From Takakia lepidozioides (lineage: Eukaryota > Plantae > Bryophyta), in the NCBI GenBank assembly GCA_030704615.1, contig CM060734.1, positions 5,580,001 through 5,644,000 on the forward strand: a stretch of DNA of 64,000 nucleotides, read 5' to 3'. The stretch's first letter is position 1. The number at the start of each line of letters is the position of its first letter. A program made the position numbers and the translations under genes. The notes under the pieces were generated by a model that saw only the letters and a list, made by a program, of their open reading frames with translations, searched no databases and was not told the origin of the DNA. Shown one piece after another: positions 34,595 to 47,100 of this stretch.

Positions 34595-35800
34595 GCACGT
34601 CATTGTGGTCCAACCCTTCACCCGTTTGCAGTGATCAAACATTATCCAGCATTTCTCCAAATCGCCTCTAGGTTGCATACGCCGGACAATACTTATACCA
34701 CTGCCTTCGCCCACTGTGGATATCTTGAATAAGTACACCTTTGAGGAGCCTTGACCAGGGAAGACACTAGCCTGAATGAAATCATATTGACTCCTCCGGT
34801 TGAGCTCCAAAATGTTGTCCATGAATCCTCTACTGCCTGGGCCCACTCTGAGGGCATTCACTTGGTTTCGAATATTCAGAGAGCTCAACATTGAGAAATG
34901 GTCCATCACTGCATCAAGCGAATGTCCATCCAGCTTTGATTGTGTCTCATCCCCATCTCCCAGTATATGCCTTTCCAGGAAGGTCTTGCTCGCTGCAAGC
35001 GCTATGGCAAACGGTGTGGCACACGGGGTATTCTGGAACTCATGCTTCACAAGACTCCGGGCTATGTCAACACTATCTTTGCAGCTTCCCCTGGAATATG
35101 ATGCTCGTGTGCTCCCATATGAATGCAAGCGTGAGTCATAGTCTTGCAGTTGTGCGTGACATAGTACATACGACTATGACACACAGCAACACAACACGGG
35201 GCAAGTTTGCAGAACCTGCATACAATTAAAGTGTTCGTTTCTGGAGGGGCAAGCCCTGGTGTGAAAGGATTCAGGGGTACCCCTTCCCACTCACTTTCAT
35301 TTGGAGTACTGTCGTTTCTCAGGTGATGACAAGATGTATTGAGGCACCTGTAATGTCCAACGCAAACAGATCTCCGAAATTTCAAACCAATGTCGTTGTA
35401 GATGTTGGAAGTTTTTGTTCTACACCAGGGATGGCCGTCATGTTTCTTGTCCATGCCCTGTAGTAGCCAGCAAGTCCACTGGAAGATGTGAGAGGGTTCA
35501 GCTCAAGCAAAATGTCTCCATCGAACTCGGGAGGCAGATATTGGACCTGCTGCACCGGAAGAGATTCCCAATCAACAAAACGTAGCTCGTTCTTGCACCC
35601 AGGCACCCCTACCAGGGCTTTCAATTTTGGTATGACACTCGCTATCTCCTATAAATCTGAGTCCTTCGACAACCGAAGCTGGACATGCGGAGGAATCTCA
35701 GAAACATCCTCCCCAGACGAGTCCGAAAGGGTCACAAATGTTGTGGATGTACTGACCTCTTGTTTCACGTGCACCTCACCCATATGTTGAACGACAGATG
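34595..35800 (-). pseudogene. MULE-like transposase, 5' part with a GCM/WRKY-like Zn domain
   Basis: DGHPWCRTKTSN...CVGHYRCLNTSC...CRFCK..CVAVC...HMGAHEH; WIMFDHCKRVKGWTTMTC. Confidence 0.65.
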
Positions 35801-37569
35801 CAGCAGTGTCAGGGGTGACCATTGATCCACCCGATTGTCTTCTCTCTGTTCCAAGCACCCGATATCTGCCTGGGCGGACTCTCCACTTCCTCACACTCTC
35901 ATCAACCACAGGTTTCTCCAAGTGCCCACTCTCCAGTTGCCCATCCTGACCATACACTTTGTTTTGGACAAGCACTAATCCTATTTCAAAGAGAAATATT
36001 GTAGCCAACTCTTCTTCATGAACAATTGCGAAACCGTCGTCGTCGACGGTTGCAGTCAATGGAAGACTCCCACTTGAATGAAAACGTGCGATGGTCTCCT
36101 TGCTTGGACATGGTTTTGTAGAAGGAAATTGACAAAGAAGAAGAGCACGATTTGCGAAGTGATGGCGCGCAATTTTCAGGAGGGCACCAACTGTCAACCA
36201 ACTGCGGTGCAGAAGATTGGGGCCAATGAGTACTGGCGACGTATGCAAAATGGTGTTGTATGTGAAGGCAATTGGACGCATTATGATTTTGGGTAAGGAT
36301 GCCATGCACGGGGAACACTTACACCGAAGTCCGAGGAACGGCCCTGCCAAATTGTCAGTTACCGACATGCAAAATTGGCTTCAATGATGCCAAGCGACGC
36401 TTCTGGCGCAGTCTTTGGTTTCAGGACAAGTAAACCCTGTGCACAGGATGAGCACCTAATGAAGAAATGACGGCAGTGGCCCCATGACTCCCCACCACAA
36501 GAGGTTCTCATGAAGCCAAAATGAAATTCGTTACAATCCGTCGTAAGAGTACAGCCCCAAACAGTGACTTGCAATGGAAGGATCCACTCCGTATGCAGCT
36601 GCCCACCATACTCCCAACGCTCCCACCAAGTATTGTTCCCGATCCATAGAATTCACTGTCATATGGACTCTATTGCGCCGGCGCCCATTACTGCGCAATT
36701 TATTTTACAGGAATGGAATTTCGCTGGAGAGGATATGTGGATGAAATGCAGAGCATCACAATTAATGACAATGTACAAGTCCCTTTTTGAAATAGGCTTC
36801 CAACGAGCCGGCTTTCATACTTTTGTCGCCACGTATCCATTCCCATCAATGTAAACCTGCATGCGTATTTGGAAGCCGTTGAAGTACAACCCGAACTACT
36901 CCCCGACCAGCCGGAAAGCGATGTAACGCTAATTGCAGTGCCACCCTTTCAAATTTTTGTGGAAGGAGAGGCAGGCATGTGGATGAACGTAGTCCGTCCG
37001 CGTGGATGAGCTCCGCAGGGAGGAAAGAGGACATGCCAGTTTCGAAGGCTTGGTTATGTTCATACTTGGAGCTATGTTCCATTTGTTTCAGTCTGTCAAC
37101 TACAGTTTGTCACCGAGGCACACTGGAGAGGGTCTCTGGGTCTGCGCGGAAACGCAGGCAGTCCCTCTATTTCGTCGAGTAGAGACAGGAAGAGAGCAAA
37201 AGAGAGGATGTCCAGGCGTAAAATCCTAGAACCCATCCCAGAGGATGATGATGCATTCTCCCAAATGAGCATTCTCCGAAAAAGCAAGTCGTGGACGAGT
37301 TGGCGCAGGTGACAGCTTTGGATGCACAGCACAGCAGCGGGGGGAATACTGCGGACGCATCGATGGGGACAGCGTTGGAAGGAGGGAACGCATTACAGGT
37401 GGATCAAATGGAGCATCAGGAATGCGAGGTATCTTCTAGCAATCCTGGGCTGTAGCAGTTGCTGTCTGCTTGTTTGAGCAGTTTCACATATACTACAATA
37501 CTGTAACATACGTGGACTTTGAATGCAGGAAGAACACAAGGCGAACGCAAAGTAGACGCGGCAGATGAA

Positions 37570-39090
37570 GCAAAATGTCGTGATCGTCAGCGATCACGAC
37601 ATTCTCCAGCAACAACCAAGTCCTTGTCCCTGTTTCTGGAAAAGCAAGAGAGCTTCAATCAGGCACCAAAAGGGTTTGGGTATGATGTAGGTATTCAGCC
37701 TCAAAGTCCGAATGTCACGATCGTCGACGATCGTGACAACTGCACAACATAACGGGGGATACCAGGGGGATAGTTGGGAGGTTGAAAACAGGCCCTTTCC
37801 CACATAGTTGAACTACAAATGCGCACGGTGGCCAGGATGTGAAGTTTGCTAGAATCAAGACATTTTACTCCGGGGTTTTAGCTTTTCAAATAGTGCAAAG
37901 AAGGGGAACCTGTGCAATCGATTTTCTGTTTACTGTCCGCTTCGGTGCTTTTGCCTTTGTCTTTCTTCTTTTCCTTATATTTGAATGGGAACCACAAGGT
38001 CAGGCCCTTCTGGCCTTTTATGTTTTAGGAGACCCGTAGTCGTTCTCTCAGGAAACACAAACTGTTTGGGTGCAATGAAGGACTTCAATTGTACTCTTCA
38101 CACAACAGTAAAGGGGCAACGTATATGGAGAACGGGGAGATGTTTACATTCAGGCAACAGCTATATATTAAAGGAGTGGGCAGGATGTCGTGATCGCTGG
38201 CGATCATGACATTCTGCTCCAAAGCTCCAGCTTTTCAAATACACTAAAAGGAGGAAACGTGTGCGGTTGATTTGATGTTGTTTGTGTGCTTTTATGTTTT
38301 TCTCTTTGTCTTTGTTTTTTCATGATAGCTTTGACAAAAGGCGCCAGAAGGGCTGTTGCTGCAGAATGTCACGATCATTCCAGATCACGCCTTTCTGTAG
38401 CAACATCCCTTCTGGCTTTTTTTTGTTTTAGGAGCCCAGTTTGTATCTAAACATCCTGCCCTGATTGTTTGAGTTGGCAACAGTGTATCAGTTTCTAACA
38501 ATGGAGTGGGCAGGATGTCGTGATTGCTGGCCCTTCGCTGGCGATCACATTCTACTCCAAAGTTTCAGCTTTTCAAGTACACTAAAAGTAGGAAACCAGT
38601 GCGATCGATTGGATGTTGTTTGTGTATTTCCATGTTTTTCTCTTTGTCTTCGTTTTTTCCTGGTTGCTTTGACAAAGATCGAAGATCACGACTTTCTGCA
38701 GCAACAGCCCTTCTGGCTTTTTTTCTTTTGGGAGCCCAGTTTCTATGTAAACATCCTGCCCTGATCGTTTGAGTTGGCGATAGTGTATTAGGAGTCGGTA
38801 GGGATGCCGTTCGTTGACGATCACGACTTCTGACTCCAAATTAGGGCTTTTAGATACTGTGTGTAAGGAAATAGCCATGCTTCTGTTTCACTGTTTTTTC
38901 TCTTTCTATTTCTTTTTTCCTGATAGCTTTGAGAGGAAACTAGAAGGGCTCAGCGATCGCTGCCGGCAGGATGTCATGATCGTTGGCGATCACAAACTCT
39001 CACTCCAAAACAACAGGCCTTCACATACTGTATGCAAGGTAAAGGCCATGCCTAAATCATTGTTCACTTGAAGTCACTGTCATGATCGTG
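37570..39090. repeat. Array of ~30-bp imperfect palindromes within ~300-330-bp diverged tandem units
   Basis: ATGTCGTGATCG-n-CGATCACGACAT-like motifs at ~37575, 37712, 38184, 38365, 38514, 38803, 38970; 38170-38465 resembles 38500-38765. Confidence 0.8.
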
Positions 39091-39099
39091 GAATGGGCT

Positions 39100-42000
39100 G
39101 CCTGCATAATGCACTGGTCCTGGGCTCCGTAGGGAGGTACGCTCCGCCTCCCCCACGCTCTCTTCCCGCTATCATGTCTGCTAGCTCTTGCGTTTTTAGA
39201 TTTCCACTATCTTAGAACCGTTCCGTGTGTTTTCCTAGCGTTCCCGCTACTCTATCCGTGGTTACTCTTCTAGCCAGGGCCGCCGCCATAATTTGATACT
39301 CTTGCCTAGCTACTTACCTCATCGTCACTCTGGTCTTATCGTGTCTCTTTTTAGCTTTCTTTTGATATTATCAGGGCGTTCTTTATTTGTTGCATCATCC
39401 TCCCCGGAGCTTGAGATCGACACTCGCAACTTCAAGGCGCCACTCGCAGAGAACCCAACATCCACCGGCTCCCTGCTAGAGGTCTAATTTTTATTGTGAA
39501 GCAACCAACGAGACGTTCGCGGCGACCTATGCATCACACATGTATGTCCTTCTTCCACCACATGGTGTTCTTCCCACCAAGAGTCTAAGGCTCGACATTG
39601 CAACACCTTACCTCAGCCACTTCAGGTAGATCGCTCACAACCATTTCATCTCGCTACTCCCCCTTAAGCGGTACTATGACTCTCTGTTGCCATTCCCGCC
39701 AGGCCCAAGCCGGGGCTTGCGCACACCTTGCACCAAACCATATTCTTTTCAGTCCCTCACCCGCACTCCTACTCGATCTAGTTACCAGAGGTTCGTAACA
39801 GCTTATTTTGGAGCACACTTACAGTCTGCCATGAACAAGAGCACCCCTTGTGCCACTCAATATTGCTTGTTTCCTTCCTACTCTGGGCGATCAAGGCCCG
39901 GGCCCGAACTGCCTGGCTGTTGCACTCTTGAAGGACGATATGATTGCCACCAATGGCACTACAGCGCTGCTCAAGTCATCACCGTGTACCAGTCTGGGTA
40001 TGTTACGTGCATTGCAAGCTCTCTAGGCCACATCTCAACTATGGAGAGGCCCTACCTTCCTTACTGCCCGTTGGTTAACTTCACCAGGACCAAGGGCTGT
40101 CTGCTGTCTACCATGTTCTGATCCAGGAAGGTGCTGACTCTCTATGAAGGAGTCTTGATCACACCTCGAACACCATTATGCAGTGCCCTCTCATGGTGGA
40201 TTGGCAGCCACTACATCTCACTGCAGTTCATCACGATATACCCCTGCAGCGTGGACTACCCTTAGAACATGGACTGGCAGCATCACCATGGCCCTGCCCC
40301 TTCACACCACAGCTCCCCAAGGCACTGCACGGTGACCACTCCACCCCCTCAACAAGGGAATCACTGGCTACCTCAACGTCATCCAACTAATAGGAAGTCC
40401 CCTCACTCCCTCTTGTTTCTGTGGATGTCTTCATTTCCGCTGCTAAGACAATGGCATTTGAATTTACTAGTAACAAACTCTTCGCTTGCTCTGCAAGGCT
40501 TCTTCCCTGGGCCTCTTACTAATCGATTGTGGCATTTCAACCCCGTGCAGACCCACTCTCACTCCGTGCGTGGTCTCTCCGGAAATAAAGGCAGGCTCAT
40601 TAAACGTAACCATCCTGTTCTCATCTGCAGTCATCACTGGGTCATGAGCGGTATCTGAAGAAAACAAACTCAACATTCCTGCTACCATCCACACAACCGA
40701 TCACACAGCGTTCCACCTAGCTTCATTACGTCCTACCGAGACAAATACTCATCAACATTTCATCACTTTACACAACCCCTCCAACTACCCAACAATATAA
40801 CTTGTTGCCAATATAGCACACACTGGATGCCTATACTTCCCTCATCAGACAGTACCCGGTGCATTATTCTTACACCCTGGCTCCACCCGGAGGTGGTATT
40901 TACCTTATTGGAACCAACAAGGGCACAGCTGTCACTGCTGCAATTTTGGGAAATCTACCTCGCCCCCCAAACCATCAACCCACAACCCCACTTAGCACAT
41001 TAACTATTTTTCTCTCCCCTAAATTCACTACTGGCCACACTTGATAATGCACCACCCTTGACACCTGCGTACACGCCAGACTATACAAAATTCGATACCC
41101 ATCATGATATGCTAATATGGCCCTTACTATCCCTGCAAACAGCTATACCCAACCCGTGTGGGGCCGCCCATCTCTTGTCACTACAGAGCCCATCACCTAC
41201 CCTCAACTGAGTATTCCATTACCCCAACACACCACAGCAATGTACATACACACCTCTTACGTCTTTAACTGGCCATCACATAAGCAAAGTCTTCCCCATC
41301 ATGGTAACAAAGCAGCCCCGTGGTTCCTGTCTCGATGCTATCCGTCTGCTGCCCACCTAGGCAGCTTCTATGCACTCCAAATCACCAGTCGCATGCCCCA
41401 ACCTACGCCTGCCGCATTTAGTCATGATCGGCCCCCCATTAAGTCAATCCCAAACATCATTCCACGTTGGATTAATAACCGCCCCCAAAATCTACACTCT
41501 GCCTGGCCAACTTTACTACCCCACTCTGGCACCGCCATGCCCCCCACTCTCATGCAATTGTCGCTTCAAGATACGCTCACCTCTGCCGGCGCACCACCCC
41601 CGCCCAGCCTCTGGATTAAACCACAGGTCATAACTCTCTACAACTAGCCGCCATGCAACCGCCGCCCTCACATAATCGAACAACGGTCACCATAATAGCG
41701 CCCCGCAGCCAATTCCTCAGCTGCCAACCCCCCACAAATCCTACTGGCAGCACACAGAGACCACCCGCCACATCATACACTCTCGCTCCTTCGCCATGGT
41801 CTTGTAGCGGTCATCACTCCAATCTCACTCGCACACCTGAGATCTATAGTCTCCTCCCCCCATCCATCAGAGCTGCCTCTCATATCGCCGGCCTCATTTC
41901 CTCACCCTCCCCACCCCAAGCACCACCACGCATGTCTAGCTCTAGGATAGGAGTTCTAGGGTAGCATACAAAAACAAACTCGCTCAAAAAGCAAGGCCTC

Positions 42001-43826
42001 TAGTAGTTCAAAATCGCTAGTCCCCCCTATTGTAGCTCGTAGAACCAGATCAAACAGTAAACATCAAATGGCGAGCGAGGCGGACATGGAGCACCATATG
42101 GACGGCGAGACAGAAGCCAGTGACATACACCTGTCGGACAAGCAGTTCTTTGCAGCTGCACAGGAATACAAAACGCGCTCCACACTAATCTCGCCAGTGG
42201 GCCCCTCAAGGCCCAACGCCAAGCATCCCTGCACAAACACCACCACCCGTGTCAAAGCAGCTCAACCTTCAACAAACTCCACGACCACTGATTCTCGCTC
42301 CACCGGCAGGCCCTCTTGCTGTTAACTTGCGCACCAAACGTACATCCAGCACTTTCAACAGCGACACAGGGAGCTCTCATTCTGACTCCAAGAAGAAGTC
42401 ACGGGCCCAGTTGCTCAAGTCACAAATGGAAGTTGCCAGCCACCCCGACACGCCACAGCTATGGCTAGGCTACCCAACACTGGAACACCTCTTACGAGTG
42501 GTTGTGGGTTCAAACCACCCTGATGGTTGTTACAAAGGTGTCCACCTTCCTACCGGAAGGTAGTAACCCTTCTGGGTCAAGTGACACCATAGGTTACGCT
42601 TGCTTCGGCAGCGTGCCCACCTTTTGAGTTCAAAGCAGAGCCACGATACGATGATGTCCGAGATAGACAAAAGGCTAGCGGCGCATGCTATCTCTATCAA
42701 GAACAACATCAAGGGTGACCTGGTGGCCATGCAGGATCGCGTCGCTTCCACCATCGCAGCGCAGCAAGAAGAGAATCACTCCTATATGATCACGTTCCAG
42801 GAGACAATCACCAAAAACCTTGGGGCCAATTTGGCTAACTTTTACAATCATGCTAACTTGGTGCTCGACAAGCTACTCCACCCCCTGGCAAAGTTAACCT
42901 CCCTGCAGAACATGGTGGCCCAAGCAAGGCGGTACATATGCAGACTGGAAGTTACAAACCAATGGCCCTAATCGAGCTTCAGCGCATTGATCCGCCCCGG
43001 GGGGCACCTGCAGGCTCACTCTGGGCCCATGCCCCCAGCGCCACGTCACCGGCTCCCCAGCTTACTCTCATCAGCAGCCCGATTACAGGCATCTCCCCGT
43101 GTTTCCCAACGCTATCAATGCGTAAGCAACAGGCAGGCACTCTCACAAGCGTCGCGAACTCGGTATCATTCTACACCTGCCAGCAGCCAGCTCACTCTCT
43201 TAGTATGAGGATGCCCTCTCTATGTTTTGTGCTCTCTCTTTTGATGATCATGTATGGTCTCTATGTACTCCCCCCCGCATCTATACAATCGCACAATTGT
43301 GGCACCCAGTCTCCACTACACCCTGTGGCTCTGCAAAACGCTTGCCACCACCAACCTACACTATGCATCCAAATGTATGCTCTCCCCCTGCGCCACTACT
43401 ATTGTCTCCCTGAGCTCTCGGATGCACTCAACTCCACGCCACTCTCGCACTCCCGCTGTCACTCTCCCACACTACCTGCTACAGTACAAAGATATCATAA
43501 TCCCACCTACCTGCAGCCCAAATTCAAAATACGTCACGTACCTATCACACCACGATCCCTCCGCCGCCGCCATCTGGCAGCTCTTATGAGCCCCCTCACA
43601 AACTCAACATACCCACCCTCCCTCCTCAATTACGCCCATTCATCCATCCGCGGTACTTCATCCACTTGGCTAATACCTACCCTGGCACCAAGCTCATCCA
43701 TCTACCCACCACTACTTTCATCCATTTACCTAACACAAGCCACGGACCTACATTCATCCCAGTCCGCCACTCTTCCCCCAGCCACTGAGCCATCTCCACA
43801 GATGAATAATCTTTATCCACATCTAA
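39100..43826 (+). mobile_element. Degenerate C/A-rich LINE-like remnant(s), continuing at 55739-56040
   Basis: Strong strand skew and broken ORF1-like frames (42068-42971, coiled-coil-like); no diagnostic domain seen. Confidence 0.35.
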
Positions 43827-44171
43827 GAGCATCTCCAACGGTGGCCTGTAAATAGCCCCGTTATTGTGGGCTGTGATGGTCCACTTGACGGGTCCATTGT
43901 AACAAATAACGGCCAACAAATAACGGCCAACGAGGAACGTGATCCACCCGTTCCCGCTAAACGCGAGCCTGTACAGAGCTGGTGCTCGTTGGTGCAAAGA
44001 GTCGTGCCCTCGATGGAGATGCAACGATGGCGGCGGCAGCTACAAACAACCTTGCACTCAGAACTCAAAGACGACGATTGCAAGGAGACGTTTGGTAACA
44101 TTTTGGTAAATGCACTTGGACAGATTTCTTCAAGTCCTCCAAAAAAGAGACATGGTGGATCTAGGGCAGGG

Positions 44172-47100
44172 TGTCGCGGCCCTTTGCCTTGAGGGCAGGG
44201 GGTCGGGACGCAGGAGGGGCTGCCCTTGTGGTGGGGGCAATGGCAGCGATAGGTACGGGGGGCGGAAGCACCCTTGAGTGCCCAAGGCACTCAAGGAGGC
44301 GGAGGCGCTCACTAGGTGGAGCCCCGCACATCGGGTTACGGTGGGGGTGGCTCCACAAAGGGTGGTGGTAGCTTAGCGGGACTTAGTGGGGGTGGTATAG
44401 GACTCACCATGGGGCGGAGACCTTGTGGTGGGAGTCGTGGGGAGTCTTGGGACTCATCACGGTCCAATGGGACCATGCTAGGTGGGCCAAGACTCACCGC
44501 AATTCATCACCGGGAATCGAGGGTCTTCGTGGTGGTTCGCCATAAAATGGCATGGTTGTTTGTGAAACCCCTGCGGACAGTCACAGAAGTATATATAGGG
44601 AGTAGTAACCCTGAGAACGGTGCAAGCCCGTTGGTGACCAAAAACTAGTGAGTAAGCGAGCGAGCCGGAAAGCGACCAAGGAGTGGGGAGCTATTCCGGA
44701 CTGCCATCTACCAAAGAGAACTTCCACTAGGCCCAAATTGGTGGAGGGTCTGTTGGGGGAGAGAAGAGGGACCGTTATGTCCTAGTGAGCAGCTGAAGCT
44801 CCGAGTTGGTCCGGCGGCCAGGTTGGGAATTAGGTGCGCGCATCAAAGCGAATAACTATGACTTGAAGGGGAGCTTACCGAAGTGAGGTGCGCGACACTT
44901 GGTATCAGAGCTTAGAGTTCAGTACGCGATCGTCCTTGGGATCGGCCTCATCATGGGGTCGGGCAAGCCAAAGCGAAAGCGGAACGGCCCGAAAGATGAT
45001 GATCCTGGTGAGCCCGATGGGGGCGACGTGTCACCGAAGCGACCATTTGAGGAAGCGATGCATGCTTTTGAGAGCGAGGCCACTCAAGAACGGGAGGAAT
45101 CTGAGGAGTCGGAGCCCGAGGAATCCTTGAGAGCTCCGACAGACCAACAGATGCCTCCCATGCCAGCAGCCTTTTGGGAAGGGTTGTTGGCGCAGTTTGG
45201 CGGGACGTTGAAAGACGTGTTGAGGGTGGCTAATGCCACTTCCACTAAAACAAAGTTTAAGGTGAAGCCTAAGGAACCCGACACCTTCGAGGGCGTCCGA
45301 AATCGGAAGGCACTCAACACCTGGCTCTTGGAGCTAGAGCAGTACTTCCGGGCGGCCAAGTTGAGTGACGAGGATCGGGTGGAAGTGGCTCCCACCTATT
45401 TGAGGGGCTATGCTCAATAATGGTGGCAGAAGCGCCTTCACAACCGAGGTCCAAACCCAGAAACCTTGAACTGGAGTGGGTTCAAGGAACTGATGAAGAG
45501 ACAGTTTGTGCCCCTCAACACGTTTTGGCTCGCCCGAGACAAGATAAGGAATCTGAAGCAAACGGATGACATTCGGGGATATGTTCAGGCTTTCAATGTG
45601 TTGTTGCTCAAAGTCACGGACATGGCAGAACCAGAAATGGTCTTCAACTTTGTGGCGGGACTGGCCCCATGGGCCAGACGGAAGTTGGAAGAGAAGCCAC
45701 CTAAGACTTTGAACGAGGCAATTGAGAGGGCTGAATGTTTCTCGGATGTCCCTAGGGGCGAAAGACAAGGCCGTACGGAGTTGAACCACAAGAAGACCCG
45801 GCAGGAGGGTGACTCCTTCCGACCGAAAAAGAAGTGGGATAGGCCATGCGGCGACAATGGTATGTGGAAATTGAAGGAAGGTCCTTCTCACGTCAAGGCG
45901 GCACCCGATGTGACGAAAGAAAAATCAGGTGCGGCGGCTTATGGCGGACAGAAGGCGACCTTCGATGGGGTGTGTTTTAATTGCGGGGAGCTCGGGCACA
46001 TGGCTAAGAAATGCGCAAAACCCCGACAATTGAACACGACTCGGGCAACCACAGAGCTGTCGGAAGATTCCATCAGCCGCTTGGCGGAAGCGGTGGTCGC
46101 CAAGACTTGCAAGGTAGGCAACTACTCTTGTGAGTTGTATCAGGAAATTGGCGCCATGCGTAAAGGGACTTAGTTATTGTTCGTGAGTGGGATAATTTCC
46201 GGAACTAACGTGTCGTTGTTAGTGGACACAGGAGCGTTGCATTCCTTCATGACACCGGCAACGGCACGGAAGCTGGGACTCCCGACAAGTGAGGTGGGGG
46301 CCTCTATTGAGGTGCGTATTGCTAAAGAAGAACCACAATTGGCGACGAGGTTGGCGTTCGATGTTCCTCTTCAGTTCGGGAGTTGGGAGGGACGTGAGAA
46401 CTTCACCATTTGCGAGATCGATAGAGTGGATCTCATTTTGGGGATGACCTTTTTGAGCAGATCCGGAGCGGTCATAGATGGCCGCAAGAGAGTAGTCACG
46501 CTACCGTGTGGGAATGGTGGCGAAGTTTTACGGGTGTCGGAAATGCCCAACCCCGTGGGAGGGCGAATAAACCTGCTATCAGCAAGGGAGTGGGCCGTAG
46601 ATGAGTCACACGAGCCCCAGTTTTGCTTTACGTAAGACAAGTGAAGGGAGAAGGCAATGGGGAGCCGAGCCCAGATTGGATCAAGGGGATTTTGGAGAAA
46701 TACCAGGATGTGATGCCGGAGGATTTACCAAGCGGCTTGCCACCGCGAAGAGGAGTTGACCACAAGATTGAGGTGATACCGGGATTGGAGCCGCCTGCAA
46801 AGGCGTCCTACCGGTTGAGCCAAAGAGAGTTGGTCAAGCTGAAGGCTCAGCTCAAGGATCTAATGTCAAAGGGGTACATCCGGCCGAGTAAGTCACCTTA
46901 CGGAGCCCCGGTGCTATTCGCAGACAAGAAGGATGGGACGCTACAGATGTATGTCGATTACAAGGCCCTAAATAAGGTGACTATCAAGAACTGGTACCCT
47001 TTGTCAATGATCGACGACCTCTTCGATCGGTTGGCAGGAGCGAAGTATTTCAGCCGGATCGATTTGCGCTCCGGGTATCATCAGATCCGAGTGGCGGAAG

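Noticed and set aside
35900-37100. SWIM-finger second ORF of the MULE-like element
   Set aside because: Only scattered Cys-rich fragments; no CxC...CxH motif could be reconstructed.
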